From Alteromonas naphthalenivorans (GTDB taxonomy: Bacteria; Babelota; Babeliae; Babelales; CAIQNR01): DNA of 16,712 nt. The position numbers and the translations under genes are program-made. Each line of letters opens with the position of its first letter. The stretch's first letter is position 1. Under the pieces are notes generated by a model, which was given only the letters and a program-made list of their open reading frames with translations, was not told where the DNA came from and made no database searches. Below, piece by piece: positions 1-6,852 of the stretch. The stretch spans positions 1 to 16,712 of the forward strand of contig JBLICC010000020.1 in NCBI GenBank assembly GCA_047631715.1, read 5' to 3'.

Positions 1-1
1 G

Positions 2-394
2 TTGCCGGTTGTTTTTATGAGCTTTGTATTTGTTAAAAAAAGATGGAGCTTGTATCAAGAAAAATATGCTCCTCATTATGGTTATAAAAATGCTTTTAAA
101 TTTGCAAAGCAAAAAATAGAACAATGTAAAAAAAGCGGATCTACCACTCAGTTGTACACCATTTGTAGAGAGCTTTTTGCTGCGCGTCTTAAACTGCCAG
201 TAAGTGAAATTACAGAAGCACGTATTGAGCGAGCACTTGAACAAGGCGGTATGACACATGAGCAAATACGTTCATGGCGATTATTCTTTACAGATATTAC
301 AGTGTCACGTTTTGCTTCTTCTGATACAACTAATCGAGATTATTTGTGTGTAGTGTTACTTGAATGGATTACAAAATTTGAGAGGGTATTATGA
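2..394 (+). CDS. C-terminal part of a BatD-like protein (5'-truncated by window edge)
   Basis: Open frame from the edge. End of a TM helix followed by a helical tail (KNAFKFAKQKIEQ...ELFAARLKLPVSEITEARIERALEQGGM...SRFAS) resembling BatD C-termini. The stop overlaps the start of a BatE-like gene (ATGA). Confidence 0.6.
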   Translation: MPVVFMSFVFVKKRWSLYQEKYAPHYGYKNAFKFAKQKIEQCKKSGSTTQLYTICRELFAARLKLPVSEITEARIERALEQGGMTHEQIRSWRLFFTDITVSRFASSDTTNRDYLCVVLLEWITKFERVL

Positions 395-1098
395 TGACTA
401 TAATAACTCGAATTATTTTGAGTCTTTTAATACTATCGCCTTTGTATGCAAATAAACATGATGAAACGTATCATAGAGCAAATAAATTACTTAAATCAGG
501 TCAATATCAAGATGCTCTTGATGATTACCAAACATTAAACTTTCAAGGACCAGTTACCTACTATAATACAGCTATTGCTCTCTATCATTTGCAGCAGTAT
601 GGAAAAGCTTTGGCAATGTGGGAAAAAGCTGAAAAACATGCAAGCCCTGGTTTGGTTAAAAAAATAGTGTATAACAAACACAAGGCGTATAAAAAATTAG
701 AACAAGACGCACTAGAAGATTGGCGTTCTTTTTTTGTTATAATGCAATCGTATTTTTCTTTGTTTTTATTACAGATTGTTTTTTTGCTTGTATGGTTTTG
801 CTGGTGGTTTGCGGAGTATACTCGTATTGATTTTATTAAAAAATATAGAGTACTTTTGTTATTAATAAGTTTGGGATGTGGGTTGTTGCTTGGTCTTAAA
901 TATTGGGTGCAAGAATGCAGGTATGCTTTTATTGTTACTCCACAAGCACAATTGTTTGCAGGTCCAAATATAGAATTTGATGTTGTAGCCGAGTTAAAAG
1001 AAGGTGAACGAGTAAAAGTGATGCAACAAGAAGACGCATGGTATAAAATTAAGTATCATAAAGCGCATGGATGGATACAAGGTGCTAATATTGAATAA
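391..1098 (+). CDS. BatE-like TPR + TM + SH3b domain protein
   Basis: Signal peptide; TPR motifs (YHRANKLLKSGQYQDALDDY; YYNTAIALYHLQQYGKALAMWEKA); two TM helices; C-terminal SH3b (LFAGPNIEFDVVAELKEGERVKV...WYKIKY...GWI). Confidence 0.75.
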   Translation: MMTIITRIILSLLILSPLYANKHDETYHRANKLLKSGQYQDALDDYQTLNFQGPVTYYNTAIALYHLQQYGKALAMWEKAEKHASPGLVKKIVYNKHKAYKKLEQDALEDWRSFFVIMQSYFSLFLLQIVFLLVWFCWWFAEYTRIDFIKKYRVLLLLISLGCGLLLGLKYWVQECRYAFIVTPQAQLFAGPNIEFDVVAELKEGERVKVMQQEDAWYKIKYHKAHGWIQGANIE

Positions 1099-1110
1099 AT
1101 AGTATGCTAT

Positions 1111-2076
1111 GTGGGAACAAGGGTAGTTGTGAGAAAAGTAAAAAAAAATACGAATATTGTTTTTTCTTATCCTTTGTTGATAGGAATGTTTCTGTGTGTT
1201 TTAATACCGCTTTGTTTGCTTGTTGTTGAATACAAGCAAATGAGTCGAGCAGCCGATAGGTTATTAGAACTCAAGGAAGATTACCGTTCGTATTCTATGA
1301 CGCTTAAACGTCTTATTAAAGAAAAATCTCGAGAATCTGTACCAGATGCTCAAGATGTAAAAAAAAAAACTATAACTAACGCTTTTGCATTAGATGGCGC
1401 TATAGTTTTTTCTAGTGATATTGATAGAGAAGATTTTTCTGTAGTTAATCGGGACCCTGATTATTTACGGGATTCTGCGATAACATTTGCAAAGCAACAT
1501 CAACTTGATCAAGTTCTAGCAAAAATGTTTGATTCCGAGAGTTGGGATGAGCTTCCTGTTGTTAAAGGTTTTCCCGTTAAAAAGAAAAGAAAGAAAACAG
1601 GTCCAACTATTTCGGGTGTTCCTGCATGGGCACGACTCAAAAGTGAACCGCAACGTCAAGCGCATAAAGACTTTTTGTGTTCTTGGCCGGTTGATAAAGG
1701 AAAGTTTTGGTTTAGTTCGCCATTTGGTCCTCGTAAAATTGGAAAAAATAAATGGAAGTTTCATTATGGCGTAGATTTAGCAGCTCATAGAGGAACACCG
1801 ATTAAAGCAGTTGCTGCAGGAATTGTTATTCAATCTGAGTTTCATAAAGGATATGGCAATTGCATAACTATTGTTCATAATCGTAAATATAAAACTCGCT
1901 ATGCACATTTGAATATGCGCAAGGTGGTAGTCGGGCAAAAAATTAAGAGAGGAGGAGTTATTGGAACGGTTGGAGCAACAGGTTTTGTAAAAAAATCTGG
2001 TAAAGACGCTTCTCATCTTCATTTTGAAGTGTATGCTTTTGGAAGACATATTAACCCTGTTTCTGTTCTTGTATAG
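1111..2076 (+). CDS. Membrane-anchored M23 family metallopeptidase (peptidoglycan DD-endopeptidase-like); start may be GTG 1129
   Basis: N-terminal TM helix and coiled coil; C-terminal M23 motifs SSPFGPR, HYGVD (HxxxD), GYGN, YAHL, HLHFEV (HxH). Confidence 0.9.
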   Translation: MGTRVVVRKVKKNTNIVFSYPLLIGMFLCVLIPLCLLVVEYKQMSRAADRLLELKEDYRSYSMTLKRLIKEKSRESVPDAQDVKKKTITNAFALDGAIVFSSDIDREDFSVVNRDPDYLRDSAITFAKQHQLDQVLAKMFDSESWDELPVVKGFPVKKKRKKTGPTISGVPAWARLKSEPQRQAHKDFLCSWPVDKGKFWFSSPFGPRKIGKNKWKFHYGVDLAAHRGTPIKAVAAGIVIQSEFHKGYGNCITIVHNRKYKTRYAHLNMRKVVVGQKIKRGGVIGTVGATGFVKKSGKDASHLHFEVYAFGRHINPVSVLV

Positions 2077-2084
2077 GAGTTTTC

Positions 2085-2969
2085 ATGATACAACGGATAC
2101 GTAATTTTATTACATGGTGGAATAGACCAGACAAATCATTTATTGCTGATTGGGTACAATCGCTAATTGTTATTCTACCTATTGTTTTTGTTATTCGAAC
2201 ATGGGGGTACGGTTTGTATCAGGTGCCGAGTGGCTCGATGGAAACAACTATGTTGGTGGGTGAAAGTTATGTTGCCGACAAATTTACTTACTTGTTTAAA
2301 AAACCAAAACGGGGTGAAATAATCTCCTTTGATCAACCCGATTATCCTTACTCAAAAGATCCTATAAAAAATTGGATGCAACATTATGTATTTATTCTTT
2401 GGGGGCCACAAAACTGGACCAAACGAGTAATTGGTATTCCTGGTGATCATATTCAAGGTAAAATAGAAGATGACAAAACAGTCGTCTATTTAAATGACAA
2501 AAAGCTTGATGAGCCTTATTTAAATAAGTATCCACTTGTGCCGACAACTATGAAATTAAGTGCTTCTGGATGGAAGTCTTATGATAAAAGTTATTCATAT
2601 TATGATCAGCCTTTTTATCGTATGAATGGGCATATTGTAAAAGCAGCACAAAAAATGTGGGAAACTCATGGTATTCCAAAAGAACAATCTCCGGGAATGC
2701 CTCTTGATAATGTTTCAAAAGGTTCTGATGTATACGACTTTCATCTTAAAGATGGGCAATATTGGGTTATGGGAGATAATCGATTAGGGAGTTACGATTG
2801 CCGTGGATGGGGTAAACCATTACAGGGAAGTTTTATCCGTGGAAGAATTGTATTTAGATTGTTTTCTATCGATGTTCAAGGCGATTCTATTATATGGGAT
2901 TTGTTAACGCACCCGCTTAGTTTTTGGGGGCGTATACGATTATCGAGATTCTTTACAATAATGAAGTGA
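2085..2969 (+). CDS. lepB: Signal peptidase I
   Basis: TM helix, VPSGSM (catalytic Ser), KRVIGIPGD (catalytic Lys), box E VMGDNRLGSYDCR; AGGAG Shine-Dalgarno upstream. Confidence 0.95.
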   Translation: MIQRIRNFITWWNRPDKSFIADWVQSLIVILPIVFVIRTWGYGLYQVPSGSMETTMLVGESYVADKFTYLFKKPKRGEIISFDQPDYPYSKDPIKNWMQHYVFILWGPQNWTKRVIGIPGDHIQGKIEDDKTVVYLNDKKLDEPYLNKYPLVPTTMKLSASGWKSYDKSYSYYDQPFYRMNGHIVKAAQKMWETHGIPKEQSPGMPLDNVSKGSDVYDFHLKDGQYWVMGDNRLGSYDCRGWGKPLQGSFIRGRIVFRLFSIDVQGDSIIWDLLTHPLSFWGRIRLSRFFTIMK

Positions 2970-2977
2970 TGAAAAAG

Positions 2978-3006
2978 TTGGCAGAGGAAATGTTTTATGT
3001 TACATT
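2978..3006 (+). promoter_or_regulatory. Putative sigma70 promoter for rhodanese-tRNA unit
   Basis: TTGGCA (2978-2983), 17 bp spacer, TACATT (3001-3006) with extended -10 TG at 2998-2999. Confidence 0.55.
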
Positions 3007-3045
3007 TAAGCCTCGTAATACGATAATCCAAAGAAAAGGATGACA

Positions 3046-3522
3046 ATGCAAGTAGGCACAAAAACATATATAAGTGGTTTTTTGGTAGCATTATTGTTGC
3101 TTCCAGGATGTTTTAGTAGTTCTTCTAAAGAAGAATCAGGTCTTAAAGTTATCAATGTTTTGGATAAGAAGTTTTACGACGATGCACATATTCCAGGATC
3201 TATTCAAATTCCAGTGATGGAAGTTGTAGATCGTGTAAAAAATTGGTCCAAGTCTACAGAAATTGTGGTATATTGTTCTAATTATAAATGCACAGCAAGT
3301 GGAATGATTGCAAAAAAATTGAAAAAAGCAGGCTTTGAAAAAGTATTTGCGTACGAAGCAGGTATGGCTGGGTGGAAGCAAGCGGGCTTACCGGTTGATG
3401 GTCTTGCAAAAGAAAAGTATTTAGATGCTGAGAATGAAAAGTTTTCTGATCGCAAAGATGCGGATGTAGAAGATATTTCAACAGTAGATCTAAAAGTATT
3501 ACTTGATAGAGATAAAAAGTAG
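3046..3522 (+). CDS. Rhodanese-like domain lipoprotein
   Basis: Lipobox LPGC after a hydrophobic stretch; rhodanese motifs AHIPGS, IVVYC, GF..V..YEAGMAGWKQAGLP. ATG 3046 is preferred over 3040 because AAGGA lies at 3036-3040. Confidence 0.88.
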   Translation: MQVGTKTYISGFLVALLLLPGCFSSSSKEESGLKVINVLDKKFYDDAHIPGSIQIPVMEVVDRVKNWSKSTEIVVYCSNYKCTASGMIAKKLKKAGFEKVFAYEAGMAGWKQAGLPVDGLAKEKYLDAENEKFSDRKDADVEDISTVDLKVLLDRDKK

Positions 3523-3526
3523 TAAT

Positions 3527-3600
3527 GGCGGCATAGCCAAGCGGTAAGGCACGGGTCTGCAAAACCCTGATCCCCGGTTCGATTCCGGGTGCCGCCTCCA
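3527..3600 (+). tRNA. tRNA-Cys(GCA), CCA encoded
   Basis: Acceptor stem GGCGGCA/TGCCGCC, anticodon loop CT-GCA-AA (3559-3561), T-arm CCCGG-TTCGATT-CCGGG, U discriminator + CCA. Confidence 0.97.
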
Positions 3601-3641
3601 AACCTGCGCGTAAAGCCTGGTTTGATCTTTGAAAATTACGT

Positions 3642-3729
3642 GCCGGGGTGGCGGAATAGGTAGACGCAAAGGACTTAAAATCCTTCGAGCATTATGCTTG
3701 TGCCGGTTCGAGTCCGGCCCTCGGCACCA
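3642..3729 (+). tRNA. tRNA-Leu(TAA), CCA encoded
   Basis: Acceptor stem GCCGGGG/CCTCGGC, anticodon arm AAGGA-CT-TAA-AA-TCCTT, long variable arm GAGCA-TTA-TGCTT, T-arm GCCGG-TTCGAGT-CCGGC, A discriminator + CCA. Confidence 0.97.
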
Positions 3730-3904
3730 CTTTTTATTTTTATAAGTAAAAAAGTGATTTTGATATATTTTGGATGAGTAGTAAGAAAAAAGTAAAAATC
3801 GACTTAGAAACAACAATAAAGAAAAAAACTTTATCCTACAGGCATTTTTTAGGGATATGAAAATTAATAAGCTATAACTTTTTATTTTTAGGCTTAATTT
3901 TAAG

Positions 3905-3932
3905 TTGACAAAAGTTAAAGAATGAATAGGTT
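3905..3932 (+). promoter_or_regulatory. Putative sigma70 promoter of HU gene
   Basis: Perfect TTGACA at 3905-3910; weaker -10 candidate TAGGTT 16 bp downstream. Confidence 0.4.
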
Positions 3933-4002
3933 ACGATTTTAGTACTAGTTTATGTTTGCCAAGGGAAAAGCATTTTTCATAAAGAACATTTAAGGAAATT
4001 CT

Positions 4003-4275
4003 ATGAACAAAGCAATGTTAGTAGAAAGCATGTCGAAGATCACCAAACTCCCAAAAGCAACATGTAAAGAGTGTTTGGAGGCCTTTGTTAACAGTGTAAG
4101 CGATGCGCTGAAAAAAAACAAAGCGGTTGTATTAACAGGATTTGGTACATTCCAAGTCTTCAAACGCAAAAAAAGAATAGGTATTAACCCAGCTACTCAT
4201 AAGAGAATGGAAATACCTAGTAAAAAAGTTCCTAAATTCAGACCAGGTAAGGCTCTAAGAAACCTTGTTGGTTAG
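4003..4275 (+). CDS. hup: HU family DNA-binding protein
   Basis: 90 aa, starts MNKAMLVE, contains VVLTGFGTF, RIGINPAT, IPSKKVPKFRPGKAL signatures; AAGGA SD. Confidence 0.95.
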   Translation: MNKAMLVESMSKITKLPKATCKECLEAFVNSVSDALKKNKAVVLTGFGTFQVFKRKKRIGINPATHKRMEIPSKKVPKFRPGKALRNLVG

Positions 4276-4289
4276 TAGTTTAGAAAGCT

Positions 4290-4325
4290 AAAAAGGGAGA
4301 GGCCGAAACGCCTCTCTTTTTTTTT
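4290..4325 (+). terminator. Rho-independent terminator after hup
   Basis: Stem GAGAGGC/GCCTCTC with loop CGAAAC, followed by T9 and preceded by an A tract. Confidence 0.9.
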
Positions 4326-4434
4326 GCCCTATTTCCTTCCTAAGTAAGTTTTTCTTGCAATTACTTAAAGGAATTTATTAAGCTTAGAGTCAGTATTGGA
4401 GTTATTGGGGAAATAAAGGTAAACGGAGAAAAAA

Positions 4435-4827
4435 ATGGTTACACAAGGATTACCACAGCAACCGACGCTGATGGAAAATATAAAAAATTTCAACTTTCAA
4501 GGCATTATAAATAATTTCACGAGCATGCATATTAATTGGGTAGAAGTAGGTATGTTTGGGGCAATGGGGCTTTTAAGTGGATTTCTTTTTAAAAAATACT
4601 TTCAAATGTTTTTAGTTTGCACCATTTTGGGTGTTGGTCTTATTGCGGGTCTTGATTATTTTGGCATGATCCACATTAATTGGACTAACGTTCATGGCAT
4701 GGTTGGGCAAGCTCCAGCTCAGAATGTTGATACTATTTTTCATAATTTATTTGCTTGGATGAAAGCAAATGTAGTGTTGGTAGGAAGTTTTGGTATCGGT
4801 TTCTTTGCCGGTTTAAAAGTAGGTTAA
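4435..4827 (+). CDS. FUN14-family small membrane protein
   Basis: Pattern G..GLLSGFLFKK - hydrophobic helix - L.Y.G.I.INW - C-terminal GSFGIGFFAGLKVG matches the FUN14 family layout; GGAG SD. Confidence 0.75.
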   Translation: MVTQGLPQQPTLMENIKNFNFQGIINNFTSMHINWVEVGMFGAMGLLSGFLFKKYFQMFLVCTILGVGLIAGLDYFGMIHINWTNVHGMVGQAPAQNVDTIFHNLFAWMKANVVLVGSFGIGFFAGLKVG

Positions 4828-4832
4828 TCACC

Positions 4833-5366
4833 ATGACACAGTCGTTTGAAAAAAAGCTCTGCAGTGTTTTAGTTAAAAATGGAATTATAACTTTTGAAGA
4901 GTCTCAAGATCTGCAAAAAGATTTTGCCGGTCGGAGCAAAGAAAATTTTGATGATTTTCTTATTTCAGAAGATATTGTTCTGAAAGATGATTTACTACAG
5001 GCGCTTTCAGAAGTATATGAAGTTCCGTCGTTCGATACGGTAGGGCATTTTTTCAAGCGAGAGTTATTGCTTCAGTTTCCTAAAGATTTTCTTATTCGTA
5101 ATGCAATTATTCCTCTTGAACGTGAAGGCAATATGTTGGTGATGATTGCAAGCGAGCCAGACAATACCGATTGCTTACTAGAAATGGGTGATTATGTTTC
5201 TGATGATATTCGTTTCTTTGTCAGCATTAAGCAAGACATTTTTGATGCAATAGAAGAATATTCTGATGAGTCTCCGTTTAGTTCTGGGGGAGAAATTGAT
5301 CCTGCAGAGGAAGAACGCGAAGATACTGATCTGTTTGAAGAGGTTCTTGATAACAACGACAAATAG
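4833..5366 (+). CDS. Stand-alone PilB/GspE N-terminal domain protein (MshEN/T2SSE_N-like), no ATPase domain, acidic tail
   Basis: KLCSVLVKNGIIT...FLISEDIV.KDDLLQALSEVYEVP...FPKDFLIRNAIIPLEREGNMLVMIASEP...DIFDAIEEY follows the N-terminal domain of PilB/GspE ATPases. ATG 4833 lies 5 nt after the upstream stop. Confidence 0.75.
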   Translation: MTQSFEKKLCSVLVKNGIITFEESQDLQKDFAGRSKENFDDFLISEDIVLKDDLLQALSEVYEVPSFDTVGHFFKRELLLQFPKDFLIRNAIIPLEREGNMLVMIASEPDNTDCLLEMGDYVSDDIRFFVSIKQDIFDAIEEYSDESPFSSGGEIDPAEEEREDTDLFEEVLDNNDK

Positions 5367-5390
5367 TTTTCTAGATTTCTTTTACAATTC

Positions 5391-5399
5391 TGTTACTAT
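5391..5399 (+). promoter_or_regulatory. Putative extended -10 promoter
   Basis: TG-T-TACTAT about 45 nt upstream of the next CDS. Confidence 0.35.
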
Positions 5400-5443
5400 T
5401 TCTTTGTGATATAAAGTGTATAACGTCTATTCATGAGGATATA

Positions 5444-6088
5444 GTGAGTATGTATAAGAATATTATTTTGTTTCCAATTGTTTTGTTGTGTGTGTTTTCT
5501 TCTCTTGTGTCTAATCCCAATCTTGAGGATGATAAGACTACTAAAAGAAGACTTAGTTCATTTAATCATACTCAATTAAATACAGAATCAGAAAAAGTGA
5601 TGAGTGATACTGAAAAGTTAGAAAATTTAAAAAAATCTGATTCTGATGCTTCTAAAGAAAGAAAACAAGTTCCTGAAAAGTATGGAATAGAAAGAACAAT
5701 ACGACATTTTTCTCAGTTGCCTGTTCCTCCAAAATCAAATGGAAAAGCTGATATAGCAGGTGAAATCGAATCGGCACATGAAAGAAAATTCTTTTTTGCA
5801 GCATTGGTATTATTAGAGCATATGGCAAAAAATGGTACTTCAGCTTTAGATACTTTGGATCAATTAGGTGATATTGTACAGCAAGATCCTCAAAGTTTGC
5901 ATTATCATGCAGAAAAAATTTTAGAAGCATATATTAGTGCTCTCTGGGAAGCTCATAGAACGCCAGGTGTTAATGAGCCAAGTGGTGATGTGATAAGAAT
6001 TCTTATCGAACAAGTTGCGTATCCCATTAAAGAAGATTTAAAAAATATTTCTAGAGGTAGAGGCTATTTTTCTTTTCTAGGTTTCTAG
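5444..6088 (+). CDS. Hypothetical secreted protein
   Basis: 214-aa ORF, GAGGA SD, Sec-type signal peptide (YKNIILFPIVLLCVFSSLVS), charged linker then helical domain; no recognised motif. Confidence 0.75.
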   Translation: MSMYKNIILFPIVLLCVFSSLVSNPNLEDDKTTKRRLSSFNHTQLNTESEKVMSDTEKLENLKKSDSDASKERKQVPEKYGIERTIRHFSQLPVPPKSNGKADIAGEIESAHERKFFFAALVLLEHMAKNGTSALDTLDQLGDIVQQDPQSLHYHAEKILEAYISALWEAHRTPGVNEPSGDVIRILIEQVAYPIKEDLKNISRGRGYFSFLGF

Positions 6089-6113
6089 GTTTAGATAGAG
6101 TAGGGAGAGTAGT

Positions 6114-6449
6114 ATGAAAAAGTTTTTAGTATTTGGATTATTGTTTGTGAGCACTGTTATTTTTTCTGTACCTCGATTTGGCGATGAAAATCCAATGTGG
6201 GACCCTTTAAATGCTGAAGATCCATTAGATTGGAATATAAATAATATTAAGCGTACTCATAAAGCATATCTAGAAGGCGGATCTACTAAGGCTGATTTGC
6301 GAGTTGCTGTAAAACAAGCAAACACTATTTTAGAAGAACTAGATGCTGAGCAATCAACCTGGTCCTATGTTCAGGAATATTATCCAACGGTTCCGTATGT
6401 AGCCTGTTTTGTTGCTGGAGTAGGATTAATGTATTTATACAAAAGATAA
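6114..6449 (+). CDS. Hypothetical protein with signal peptide and C-terminal TM anchor
   Basis: GGAG SD; MKKFLVFGLLFVSTVIFS signal peptide; C-terminal hydrophobic helix ending YKR. Confidence 0.75.
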   Translation: MKKFLVFGLLFVSTVIFSVPRFGDENPMWDPLNAEDPLDWNINNIKRTHKAYLEGGSTKADLRVAVKQANTILEELDAEQSTWSYVQEYYPTVPYVACFVAGVGLMYLYKR

Positions 6450-6498
6450 TTTTTTCTAGTTAATTTTTTATAGGTTATGCATACTCAACAACATTATA

Positions 6499-6777
6499 TT
6501 GTTAATCTATCAAGGAATTATTATTAAACGTTTATTATTAACTATCTCTTTTTGTATAAGTTTAGTTTCTACAAGTATCTATTCAAGCGAACCTGAAGCT
6601 CCTAAAGCTAAGAGTAAGATTGATTATAAAAAGTTAGCTAGGAAATTAGATAAATTTGGTATTAATCCAAAATTGCCACAGCAACTAAAAGAGCTAGAAA
6701 CAGGTCTAGTATGTAAGGAATGTGAAGAGGCAAGACAAAAGGCTGCAGCACAGGCTTTTTGTAAAAAAGCAAAATAA
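6499..6777 (+). CDS. Small hypothetical secreted protein with CxxC; true start may be ATT at 6523
   Basis: Signal peptide KRLLLTISFCISLVSTSIYS, basic mature part, CKEC motif; AAGGA SD at 6512-6516 lies inside the TTG-initiated ORF. Confidence 0.65.
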   Translation: MLIYQGIIIKRLLLTISFCISLVSTSIYSSEPEAPKAKSKIDYKKLARKLDKFGINPKLPQQLKELETGLVCKECEEARQKAAAQAFCKKAK

Positions 6778-6795
6778 GTATCTAGTTTTTAAAAC

Positions 6796-6823
6796 TTTAC
6801 GACCTTTCTACAAATGTTATACT
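6796..6823 (+). promoter_or_regulatory. Putative sufCBD promoter
   Basis: TTTACG (6796-6801), 16 bp spacer, TATACT (6818-6823) with extended -10 TG at 6815-6816. Confidence 0.5.
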
Positions 6824-6852
6824 TTTATAAATAGCTTATAGAAGGGGTTTTC

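Noticed and set aside
1516..3381. Short overlapping ORFs (1516-1764, 1529-1774, 1777-2049, 2876-3091, 3136-3381)
   Set aside because: Nested in or antisense to well-supported genes, with no recognisable motifs.
3527..3729. tRNA pair as an integration site or unusual arrangement
   Set aside because: No duplicated tRNA 3' end or integrase seen in the window; Cys(GCA)-Leu(TAA) adjacency is common (e.g. cysT-leuZ).
3278..3816. Minus-strand ORFs 3278-3601 and 3499-3816
   Set aside because: They are antisense translations of tRNA-Cys and tRNA-Leu (MEAAPGIEPG, WCRGPDSNRH are typical tRNA shadows) and overlap the rhodanese gene.
3730..3904. Possible small RNA between tRNA-Leu and hup
   Set aside because: Only imperfect AT-rich dyads (about 3832-3857 and 3860-3901); no recognisable RNA family.
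4755..4832. ORF-track N-terminal extension of the MshEN-like gene
   Set aside because: Overlaps the FUN14 gene by 73 nt; domain similarity begins at ATG 4833.
5367..6852. Integron-like cassette array explanation for the orphan genes
   Set aside because: No RYYYAAC...GTTRRRY attC structures found in the spacers and no integrase.
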